DNA of 64,000 nt from an uncultured Candidatus Saccharibacteria bacterium. GTDB taxonomy: Bacteria; Patescibacteriota; CALEFQ01. Shown here piece by piece: positions 8,515 through 15,771 of the stretch (the first letter of the stretch is position 1; every line of letters starts with the position of its first letter). Location of the stretch: contig OZ246404.1 of NCBI GenBank assembly GCA_965230955.1, positions 97,184 to 161,183 of the forward strand, read 5' to 3'. Made by a program: the position numbers and the translations under genes. The notes below the pieces were generated by a model. It saw only the letters and a program-made list of their open reading frames with translations, was not told where the DNA came from and searched no databases.

Positions 8515-10770
8515 ATGAAATCGACCAAACTTTGGCTGTGCGCTCTGGCCTTCAGTGCGTTTTTTGCATTGGGGCTGGGCTTTATCTCAACAGTTAATGC
8601 CGAAAACTTGAGTGGCGTCTATTTATATTTTGCCGATTATCTTAATTCTCAGATTCATGTCATCGACGCTAATACTAATTCTGAAGTGGCTACAATTTCT
8701 ACCGGTGTTGGTTCTGTGCCGCTGATGACGGCTCTGGCTCCGGACCAAAAAACTTTGTATGTCAGCGATGCCGTGGCTGCTAAAATCTATGTCATTGATA
8801 CCACGACGAATACTTTAGCAACCAGTTTTTCCATCGGTGCGATTGGTGAAGATATTGCGATTTCTCCGAGCGGCGACAAACTCTATAATTTGGATCGCAA
8901 TACTAGAAATATTTACGTGATTGATCTGAATACACACCAAGAAACCAAAACGATTTCTATCGGGCAGACAATTTGGTTGATGGATATTACACAGGATGGC
9001 AGCCGTATTTACATAACTAATAACGGCGCTGGCGGGAAAGTTTTTGAAGTTGATATGAACACGGAGTCTTTCACAAAAACATACGATCCGGATAGCGGTA
9101 TGGGTACAGGAGCTGGCCTGAAAGCTTCTCCGGATGGCACAAAAGTTGCTTTGTGTGATCCTATTGGCCGAGGAGCGTATTTACTGAATGTTAGCAGCGG
9201 CAGTTCTGCCAAATCATCCGGTTATGATGCGGGCGGTATCGGTGGTCCGATTGATGTAGCTTTTAATCCCGCGGGAACTAAAGCTTATTTTGCACATTCC
9301 AGTTTCGGTATCGGTGGCAATCAAGTGAAGGTAGTCGATGTTAGCAGTGCTGCCAATACTAATTCAATTACCGTTGGAGGCGGTCCATCGGCGGTCGTTT
9401 TTAGTCCCAATGGAGAAAGGGCTTATGTGGCAAATTATACAGATCGAACAATCTCGGTGATTAATGCTAATTCGGAAGCCAGTATTGCTACCATCACCCC
9501 TTCGGGAATGCCGATGATTAATGGATTACAGTTAGTTGACCGGGGTGATTTTACCGGGTCGCTGGAATTTAACGGTGGTAAACAATACACAACTTCCGCT
9601 GATGTTACATTGAATCTCGGTGCCAGTGGTGATACTAATTTGAGCCGAATGATGATTTCGAATAATGCTGATTTTGCTGATGCCAATTGGGAAACCTATT
9701 CAGCTGCTAAAACTTGGACTCTAGCTTCCGGCTATGGTTCAAAAACGGTTTATGTAAAATTGATGAATGAGTCCGGCCGTGTGACCGATGTGGTCGCGGG
9801 TCAGATAACACTGGAAAAGCCGATGATCGTGACTGCTCCGCGCCAAGGCGGTGGTCCGCAGGTGCGAGTATTTGATTGGGCGAATAATAAAGTAACCGCG
9901 ACCAAGGTTTCTTTCATGGCCTATGCTTCTTCTTTCCGCGGCGGGGTCAATATCGCTTACGGTGATGTCAATGACGATGGTCGATTTGAGATCGTGACCG
10001 CCCCGGGCGCTACCGGCGGTCCGCAAGTAAAAGTTTGGGATCGTAATGGTAAATTGCTCAGCCAATTTATGGCTTATCCCAGTGCTTTCCGCGGGGGAGT
10101 AAAAGTTGCCGTGGGAGACCTTGATGGCAATGGCACCGACGAAATTATCACCGGTCCGCAATCAATCGGCACGCCGCAAGTTCGGGTTTTTGACTCTGCC
10201 GGTAATACCAAATTTACAGCCGGATTTTTCGCTTACGACAAATCTTTCAAAGGCGGAGTTTCCGTCGCGGCCGGCGATGTCAATCGCGATGGCCAAGATG
10301 AAATTATTACCGGTGCCGGGCTCACCGGGGCGCCTCAGGTTCGAGTATTCAGTCGCTATGGCAAATCCGTTTCCACTCCCGGTTTCTTCGCGTATGACAG
10401 TAAGTTCCGCGGTGGCGTGACGGTTAGCACCGGCGATCTCAATGCCGACGGCAAATGGGAAATTCTCACCGCGCCGGGAAATGGCGGAGGAGCGAATGTC
10501 CGTGTCTTTAATTCAGCCGGCAAACCGTCGGTCAGCGGCGGATATAATGCCTGGAAATCGAATGAAGCCGGTGCGCGAGGGGGAGTGTCGATTACCTCGA
10601 CCGATTACAGCGGTGACGGCAAAGCGGAAGTTGTTGGCGGGGCGGGTATCGGTAGCTCTCCAATGCTTCGCTTCTTTGATGTCATGGGAAACACCAAACC
10701 CGGCTCGGGATTTATGACTTATGCCCAAAGTTTCAAAAACGGCATAAATGTGGCGAGCCACAGCCTATAA
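8515..10770 (+). CDS. secreted YVTN-type beta-propeller + FG-GAP repeat surface protein
   Basis: Signal peptide; N-terminal ~40-aa YVTN-like repeats (..YVIDTTTNTLATSFSIG..); C-terminal repeated F.AY...FRGGV.VA.GD.N.DG..EI.TGPG..G.PQVRVF units. Confidence 0.75.
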   Translation: MKSTKLWLCALAFSAFFALGLGFISTVNAENLSGVYLYFADYLNSQIHVIDANTNSEVATISTGVGSVPLMTALAPDQKTLYVSDAVAAKIYVIDTTTNTLATSFSIGAIGEDIAISPSGDKLYNLDRNTRNIYVIDLNTHQETKTISIGQTIWLMDITQDGSRIYITNNGAGGKVFEVDMNTESFTKTYDPDSGMGTGAGLKASPDGTKVALCDPIGRGAYLLNVSSGSSAKSSGYDAGGIGGPIDVAFNPAGTKAYFAHSSFGIGGNQVKVVDVSSAANTNSITVGGGPSAVVFSPNGERAYVANYTDRTISVINANSEASIATITPSGMPMINGLQLVDRGDFTGSLEFNGGKQYTTSADVTLNLGASGDTNLSRMMISNNADFADANWETYSAAKTWTLASGYGSKTVYVKLMNESGRVTDVVAGQITLEKPMIVTAPRQGGGPQVRVFDWANNKVTATKVSFMAYASSFRGGVNIAYGDVNDDGRFEIVTAPGATGGPQVKVWDRNGKLLSQFMAYPSAFRGGVKVAVGDLDGNGTDEIITGPQSIGTPQVRVFDSAGNTKFTAGFFAYDKSFKGGVSVAAGDVNRDGQDEIITGAGLTGAPQVRVFSRYGKSVSTPGFFAYDSKFRGGVTVSTGDLNADGKWEILTAPGNGGGANVRVFNSAGKPSVSGGYNAWKSNEAGARGGVSITSTDYSGDGKAEVVGGAGIGSSPMLRFFDVMGNTKPGSGFMTYAQSFKNGINVASHSL

Positions 10771-10880
10771 TTAAGTCAAAAGTCAAAGGTCAAAAGTAAA
10801 AAGGCGGAGCCATTCAGGTTCCGTCTTTTGTGGTTGATGGCGATTGTGGTAAAATTAATTAATCCTTAAATAAACAAAAA

Positions 10881-12593
10881 ATGAAATGGCTAAAAATTAT
10901 CGCGCTAGTAATATTATTTAGCGCCTTGCTAATTCCTGCCATATCTTATCGCGCTGCCACCGCGGGGGGCAGTATGCCGATCTACATGCTGGGGCGCTCG
11001 GTTATGGAGGGCTGGTTTTATCACTGGGATTGGAGCGGGGATGACGGTTCGGAGGTGTATTTTCACGATTATTCGCTTTACCATCGTTATGTCGATGGAC
11101 CGGAAGGGGACGGGAGCAATATGGTCGACAGCGCCCGTTCGATTATCGATGCCTTGCCCAGTGGCGACAAAGCTGTTTTTTTCAAATTGTGCTTCGTAGA
11201 TTTCACTGGCGGTTCACAGTCAGCGGCCAATGAAAATTACGCCCGCAATATCGGAATAGTGGAAGATGTTTATAATATCACTCACGGTAAAGGGATTAGC
11301 CTAATTGTGGGAAATTCTTTGCCCCAGGTAGCTTCAGCGACCGATGCTTATTTGGTATCTGCGCATCGTCAATACAATTCCTGGTTAGATAGTTTTGCCG
11401 GCAGTCACGACGATTTTTATGTTTTTGATCAGTACGGCACTTTAGCGGACAGCGGTGGCAATTTAAAATCAAGTTATGCCACCGGTGATGATTCCCATCC
11501 CAATAGCGCCGGTTACAATGCGCTGGACAGCGCTTACATCGATTTTTTGGCCAATGATTTTAAAGGTAGCACGCCGACACCACCGACACCGACTGATGAT
11601 CCGGGCGAAAAGCCGGCGACAGGCTCACAGAGCGACGACAATTACAAGGAAAACGCCAATAAAATCATTACCGCGCCTTCTTGGGGCTGCCAGTCGCATG
11701 TTCGGTCATTTTCACCTCGCGGAGTAGTGTTAAACTCGACGAATTTTTTCGCCTACGATAAAAGTTTCAAGGGCGGAGCACGTTTGGCGCTGGCCGACGT
11801 GGATAAGGACGGTCAGGCTGAAATTTTGACCGGCGCCGGAGCCGGCGGCGGACCGCAGGTCCGCGTTTTTAAAAGAGACGGCCGTTTGATGGGGATCCAG
11901 TTTTTCGCTTTTTCCAAAGATTTTCACGGGGGAATAGATGTCGCCGGGGGAGATTTTGACGGCGACGGTAAAGATGAAATCGGCGTTTGTCAGTTGTCCG
12001 GCGGTCAGGGCTGGGCCAAAGTTTATCGCTATAATTCAGAAAAGACGGTTTTGTTTGAACGCAATATTTTCGGTTCGGCCCAAAATGGCTGCACGGTCGC
12101 TTTCGGCGATGTCGATAAAGACAATCGGGCGGAATTGGTAGTGGGCTCCGGCGAGGGCGGGGACTCAAGAGTTTTTACATATGATTATGTCGAAGGAAAT
12201 AAATCCGGGCGTCAAAGGGGTTTGGTCTGGACCGCTTTTCCGGGGAGCAAAACAGGGGTTGATGTCGAGGCAGCCGATTTCGATCGCGACGGCAAAGCTG
12301 AATTGGCGGCGGCACAGTTGTCCAGTTCCCCCAAGGTCAAGGTCGTTCGTTATAACTCCGCTTTTACCAAGCTGGGCGAGTTTTATGCTTATCCGACCAA
12401 TTATAAAATCGGTGCCAATCTCTCGGCGGCCGATGTCAATAATGACAAAGTTCCGGATTTGCTGGTCGGCCCCAATCGCAATTCCGGACTGCAGATGAAG
12501 ACCTTTTCTTATGCCGGCAAGTCCTTGTCCAGTTTCTTTGCCTATCCCCAGAGCACTCGCGGGGGAGCGATGGCGGTGGCGGGGCGGTGGTAA
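10881..12593 (+). CDS. secreted SGNH/GDSL-like hydrolase domain + FG-GAP repeat protein
   Basis: Signal peptide; GDDSHPNSAGYNALDSAY (SGNH block V D..HP); C-terminal FG-GAP units FFAYDKSFKGGARLALADVDKDGQAEILTGAGAGGGPQVRVF. Confidence 0.7.
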   Translation: MKWLKIIALVILFSALLIPAISYRAATAGGSMPIYMLGRSVMEGWFYHWDWSGDDGSEVYFHDYSLYHRYVDGPEGDGSNMVDSARSIIDALPSGDKAVFFKLCFVDFTGGSQSAANENYARNIGIVEDVYNITHGKGISLIVGNSLPQVASATDAYLVSAHRQYNSWLDSFAGSHDDFYVFDQYGTLADSGGNLKSSYATGDDSHPNSAGYNALDSAYIDFLANDFKGSTPTPPTPTDDPGEKPATGSQSDDNYKENANKIITAPSWGCQSHVRSFSPRGVVLNSTNFFAYDKSFKGGARLALADVDKDGQAEILTGAGAGGGPQVRVFKRDGRLMGIQFFAFSKDFHGGIDVAGGDFDGDGKDEIGVCQLSGGQGWAKVYRYNSEKTVLFERNIFGSAQNGCTVAFGDVDKDNRAELVVGSGEGGDSRVFTYDYVEGNKSGRQRGLVWTAFPGSKTGVDVEAADFDRDGKAELAAAQLSSSPKVKVVRYNSAFTKLGEFYAYPTNYKIGANLSAADVNNDKVPDLLVGPNRNSGLQMKTFSYAGKSLSSFFAYPQSTRGGAMAVAGRW

Positions 12594-12660
12594 GAAATAA
12601 GATATTAAGATTTAAGATATTAAGAAATAAGAATGACCGGAAATTATTTCCTGGTCATTT
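12591..12660. repeat. TAAGAWAT tandem/mirror repeats followed by terminator hairpin gaccggaaattatttcctggtc
   Basis: taagaaataagatattaagatttaagatattaagaaataagaa then hairpin + atttt. Confidence 0.5.
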
Positions 12661-12853
12661 TAGTTCGTACAGTCTGATTGTTTTATTCTTGCTACCATGC
12701 GAACATTGTGTGGACCTTTCCTTTTATCGCCTGCGTTGACGCTAATGGGTTTCTAGCGTAAAATAAAAACAGCTTTGGGACATGGCCAAAGACAAAAGAC
12801 CGATGACCAAAGACTAATTTAGGGCCCATAGCTCAGTGGTTAGAGCACCCGGC

Positions 12854-13222
12854 TCAAGACAGTACCTTTAAATCTAGATCAGGATTATGAAGTTCCGCGT
12901 GGCAATTCTGGCAAACCAAACGGCATTTGGCTACCTCTTTTAGAACACTATCGAAGGTTCTATTGGAAAGTGATCTCATGTCTAATTTGAACTCTTTGCC
13001 GGAAACATGATGAAAAGTAAGCGCTGATAAGTTGCGCTTGTATCCACAGCGGGAACAGCAACCACCTCGTTGCTTAACCAAAAGCAGCTTGCGGTTTATT
13101 CCGCGCTTCTTTTGGGCGTCATATGACTGGTGCACTTTATTCTTGCACCTCGTAGAGCAATATTGGCTTTGCTGTCCGGACAATGAGTGTCCGCAAACAG
13201 AACAGTTAGACTGTTTCTTCAT
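12854..13222 (-). CDS. HNH homing-endonuclease-like protein encoded antisense within the intron (122 aa from MKKQSN)
   Basis: C..CG...C..C zinc knuckle, LTFHHVSGKEFKLDMRSLSNRTF...CRLVCQNCHAELH = HNH motif. Its stop TGA (rev-comp of 12854-12856) overlaps the 5' splice junction. The longer upstream ORF extension to 13498 looks like read-through. Confidence 0.75.
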   Translation of the reverse strand: MKKQSNCSVCGHSLSGQQSQYCSTRCKNKVHQSYDAQKKRGINRKLLLVKQRGGCCSRCGYKRNLSALTFHHVSGKEFKLDMRSLSNRTFDSVLKEVAKCRLVCQNCHAELHNPDLDLKVLS

Positions 13223-13495
13223 AAGCCAATAATAGCATCTAGAATTAATCTGTCCAGGGCAGTCGGTGGGGCAACCTGCCGATGTAACTCGCCAAATTCG
13301 GGGAACCCTTCTCCTGTAAGGGAATGGCAATCCCGAGCCAAGCTCTCCTTCGCTCCTCCCGGAGCTTCGGAGGGAAGGTGTAGAGACTGTACGACGAGCC
13401 CCCACATTCAAAATATTGATGGTGGGAGAAGAGACAGTCCAGACTACAAACCCTGTACCGTAAGGTACAGAGGCAGTGAAAACTGTAGTAGTAAG
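12855..13495 (+). ncRNA. group I intron (IC3-like, Azoarcus tRNA-Ile-type core) in the anticodon loop
   Basis: Insert follows U33 and ends in G. The 3' ~230 nt contain CAAAUUCGG, AAUGGCAAUCCCGAGCCAAGC and GAAGGUGUAGAGACU blocks recalled from the Azoarcus ribozyme, plus a GNRA hairpin ctgtacc-GTAA-ggtacag. Confidence 0.7.
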
Positions 13496-13574
13496 CATAA
13501 CCGGAGGGTCGCTGGTTCGATCCCAGCTGGGCCCACCATCCTCGCCCCCTCACTCAGGTATTTGAAAATAATTC

Positions 13575-13700
13575 CAAATCCTGAGTGAGGGGGCTCAAAA
13601 TTTAAAATCTAAAGTCCAAAGGTCAAAGAAAATCAAAACGTCGCAGTCTTTAGATTTTGAGTTTTAATTTCTTTTAGACTTCTAGCTTTTAATTTTCCGC
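13575..13700. repeat. AT-rich imperfect palindrome between tRNA(CAU) and tRNA-Arg
   Basis: aaaatttaaaatctaaagtccaaaggtcaaag ... ctttagattttgagttttaatttcttttagac. Confidence 0.55.
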
Positions 13701-13717
13701 CGTTGCGGCGGTGTCAG

Positions 13718-13794
13718 GCGCCCGTAGCTCAGCTGGATAGAGCAGCGGTTTTCTAAACCGCAGGTCGCAGGTCCGAATCCTGCCGGGCGTACCA
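13718..13794 (+). tRNA. tRNA-Arg(TCT)
   Basis: GCGCCCG TA GCTC AGCTGGATA GAGC A GCGGT TTTCTAA ACCGC AGGTC GCAGG TCCGAAT CCTGC CGGGCGT A CCA. Confidence 0.85.
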
Positions 13795-13799
13795 AGCCA

Positions 13800-13915
13800 C
13801 ACGCCCCGAACGGCCGGTGGAAATTTAAAACTCAAAGTCCAAAAATTAAATAATTTTAGTTTTTAGCTTTAAACTTCTTTTAAATTTTAGGCTTTGAATT
13901 TCGGTGCCGTTGTCT
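13800..13915. repeat. AT-rich imperfect palindrome
   Basis: aaatttaaaactcaaagtccaaaaattaaat ... ctttaaacttcttttaaattttaggctttgaattt. Confidence 0.55.
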
Positions 13916-13936
13916 GTATTTTGCCGAAACCATCGG

Positions 13937-13965
13937 TTGACAACATCGCTTAAAAATATTACACT
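13937..13965 (+). promoter_or_regulatory. sigma70-like promoter TTGACA-17-TACACT for the downstream tRNA-Val/His block
   Basis: TTGACA 13937-13942; TACACT 13960-13965. Confidence 0.45.
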
Positions 13966-13983
13966 GTCGCTTATTCCTCTGTG

Positions 13984-14117
13984 TGTGTAGCTCCCTACTA
14001 CCTGCCTACCGGCAGGCAGGCGCGCTCACTTCGTTCGCGCTTCGTAGGGCGGGCAGTGCGATTAGATGGTTTCGGTAATAAAGTTTGCGTTTTGCATTTT
14101 GAATTTTGCATTAGTCT
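13984..14117 (+). mobile_element. insertion at tRNA-Val 5' end: 11 nt duplicate gtgtgtagctc (13984-13994) + ~123 nt element (cctactac...ctgcctaccggcagg...cttcgtagggcgggcagtgcgatta...) + intact tRNA
   Basis: Duplicate equals tRNA-Val(GAC) positions 3-13. The element's start (cctactac) and internal block match the tRNA-Phe insert, and its GC mini-hairpin equals the one inserted in the partial tRNA-Phe D-loop. Confidence 0.5.
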
Positions 14118-14194
14118 GGGTGTGTAGCTCAGTTGGTTAGAGCGTTACCTCGACACGGTAAAGGTCACAGGTTCGATTCCTGTCACACCCACCA
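14118..14194 (+). tRNA. tRNA-Val(GAC)
   Basis: GGGTGTG TA GCTC AGTTGGTTA GAGC G TTACC TCGACAC GGTAA AGGTC ACAGG TTCGATT CCTGT CACACCC A CCA. Confidence 0.85.
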
Positions 14195-14214
14195 GCCTCG
14201 CTCGCGGCGCCCCG

Positions 14215-14336
14215 CGCCGCTCGCTCAAGATTAAAAATTTAAAGATAAAAATTCAAAAGAAATTCAAGATTTCAGCTTTAAATTTGTTTTAGCTTTTGCA
14301 TTTTTGATTTTAAATTTCCCGCCCATGGCGGGTCAT
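14215..14336. repeat. AT-rich imperfect palindrome ending in GC mini-hairpin cccgcccatggcggg
   Basis: caagattaaaaatttaaagataaaaattcaaaag ... cttttgcatttttgattttaaattt. Confidence 0.55.
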
Positions 14337-14389
14337 GGTGACTGTAGCTCAGTTGGTTAGCCCGCCGAATCGGCGGGGGCGGGTTGTGG
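14337..14389 (+). other. partial 5' copy of tRNA-His (to anticodon loop position ~37) with 17 nt GC hairpin cccgccgaatcggcggg replacing part of the D-arm
   Basis: ggtgactgtagctcagttggttag[cccgccgaatcggcggg]ggcgggttgtgg versus the intact tRNA-His at 14670. Confidence 0.6.
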
Positions 14390-14415
14390 ATCCGGAGTAA
14401 TTAAGAGGAGGGGAT

Positions 14416-14704
14416 ATGTATTACGTATATATTTTACAGAGTCTAAAAGACGGGAAATTATATTACGGAATGACATCCGGCTTGACTCGTAGATTCTGGC
14501 AACATTGCTTTGGACTAAATAAGTCTACTAGCAGTCGTCGTCCTTTGCATTGATTTATTATGAAGCTTATTTATGTAATGAGGATGCCAGGATTAGAGAA
14601 AGATTTCTTAAAAGCGGTCGAGGACGTGAGGTAATCAGAAAGCATTTAAAAATCTTCTTTGGTTCATGTGGTGACTGTAGCTCAGTTGGTTAGAGCGGCG
14701 GGTT
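14416..14704 (+). pseudogene. decayed GIY-YIG nuclease gene (in-frame TGA at 14551, then a frameshift; C-terminal fragment reads into tRNA-His)
   Basis: MYYVYILQSLKDGKLYYGMTSGLTRRFWQH...RRPLH* then, in another frame, NEDARIREKFLKSGRGREVIRKHLKI; homologous to the 4517-4768 GIY-YIG. TGA is a genuine stop elsewhere in the window (e.g. the lspA and comM ends). Confidence 0.6.
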
Positions 14705-14747
14705 GTGGTCCCGCAGGTCGTGGGTTCAACTCCCACCAGTCACCCCA
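14670..14747 (+). tRNA. tRNA-His(GTG) with genomically encoded G-1
   Basis: g GTGACTG TA GCTC AGTTGGTTA GAGC G GCGGG TTGTGGT CCCGC AGGTC GTGGG TTCAACT CCCAC CAGTCAC C CCA; the extra 5' G pairs with discriminator C. Confidence 0.85.
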
Positions 14748-14756
14748 GAACAAAAT

Positions 14757-14789
14757 ATCGCCCCTTCGATAAACTCAGGGCGATTTTTT
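14757..14789 (+). terminator. intrinsic terminator after the tRNA cluster
   Basis: atcgcccc ttcgataaactca gggcgat tttttg. Confidence 0.6.
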
Positions 14790-15028
14790 GTAAATTCAAA
14801 GTCTAAAATTTAAATATCAAAGGAAACTAAAAATTTAAATAAAAAAATTCGCTACCGGGTAGGATTTTTGAAAAAAAAGATGTCAAAATACAAACCTGGG
14901 GTTTTACCAAAATTCTTTTCTTGACATGAATGACTTTTCCTGTTATTTTACGGAGTCCATTGTTTTGTCTGGGAAACAATAGATCCCTGAACATGATAAT
15001 GTCAGGGATAGAAAGGGAGGGTATTTTT

Positions 15029-15637
15029 ATGAGTTCCAGTGATTTAGACCTGGCGATTGCTCAGCGGATTGTCCGAAAACTTCACGGGGAAATCAGTGCT
15101 TTTCGTGGCGGATCCGAATCGGCGACTGAAGCGGCTTGGCGATTTTTGGAAACTCCGGAGGGAGAAGACTCGTTCAAAAGAGTCGCCCAGGTGATCGCGA
15201 TGGGCGGAATGGCTTGTTACCCGATCGAGATTAAACCGGCGTCATATGCTGAATTGGTAGCCCTTGGCAAATATGACGAGGTTCTAATTGAGATCGAGCC
15301 TACGGCTCCTTTTCCCGAAGCATCATCTTTCGGCCGTTTTAATTGCTGGCTGTTTCGTTACGCAGAGGCGATAGGTACCGGGAAACTGATCAGTCTGATG
15401 ATTCGCCAGCAGTTGATACCGGCAAATTTTATCCATTTGCTCGGATTTGGCGCACAGTATCCGAATATTCAGCGCTTGTTTCCGGTAGTGGCGCTGGGCG
15501 AATTGTATACACCGATGTTTTCTCGGGAATTCGCACATTCTTTATCCTGTTTTGGTGGTTTACGGCGATTGGAGTTTCGCTATGCCAATCAGAAATGGGA
15601 TGACGCGTATCGTTTTTTGGCCGTCACCCCGGGCTAA
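15029..15637 (+). CDS. hypothetical protein (202 aa)
   Basis: ATG at 15029 with AAAGGGAGG 8 nt upstream; no recognisable domain. Confidence 0.5.
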   Translation: MSSSDLDLAIAQRIVRKLHGEISAFRGGSESATEAAWRFLETPEGEDSFKRVAQVIAMGGMACYPIEIKPASYAELVALGKYDEVLIEIEPTAPFPEASSFGRFNCWLFRYAEAIGTGKLISLMIRQQLIPANFIHLLGFGAQYPNIQRLFPVVALGELYTPMFSREFAHSLSCFGGLRRLEFRYANQKWDDAYRFLAVTPG

Positions 15638-15771
15638 TCATTTTTACCGGTCTTGTTGCTTGAGACCTTTGATCCCTTCACTTAGAAATAAGTGCGGGGA
15701 TTTTATTTTTAAAAAAACACCCGAGAAATGTTTTGGCAAACAGTTTCTCGGGCATTCTTTAGGTTTTGTGC

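Larger units (their letters stand above)
12822..13538 (+). tRNA. intron-containing tRNA with CAU anticodon (Met or lysidine-Ile2-like; exon sequence most resembles tRNA-Ile2): exon1 12822-12854, exon2 13496-13538
   Basis: Exon1 GGGCCCA TA GCTC AGTGGTTA GAGC A CCCGG CT; exon2 CATAA CCGGA GGGTC GCTGG TTCGATC CCAGC TGGGCCC A CCA. Acceptor halves are complementary and no contiguous tRNA exists. Confidence 0.7.

Noticed and set aside
14416-14553. In-frame TGA in the tRNA-His-linked GIY-YIG gene as evidence of UGA recoding
   Set aside because: TGA terminates lspA (42437-42439), comM (44829-44831) and others at sensible protein lengths, and a frameshift also follows, so it is a pseudogene rather than genetic code 25.
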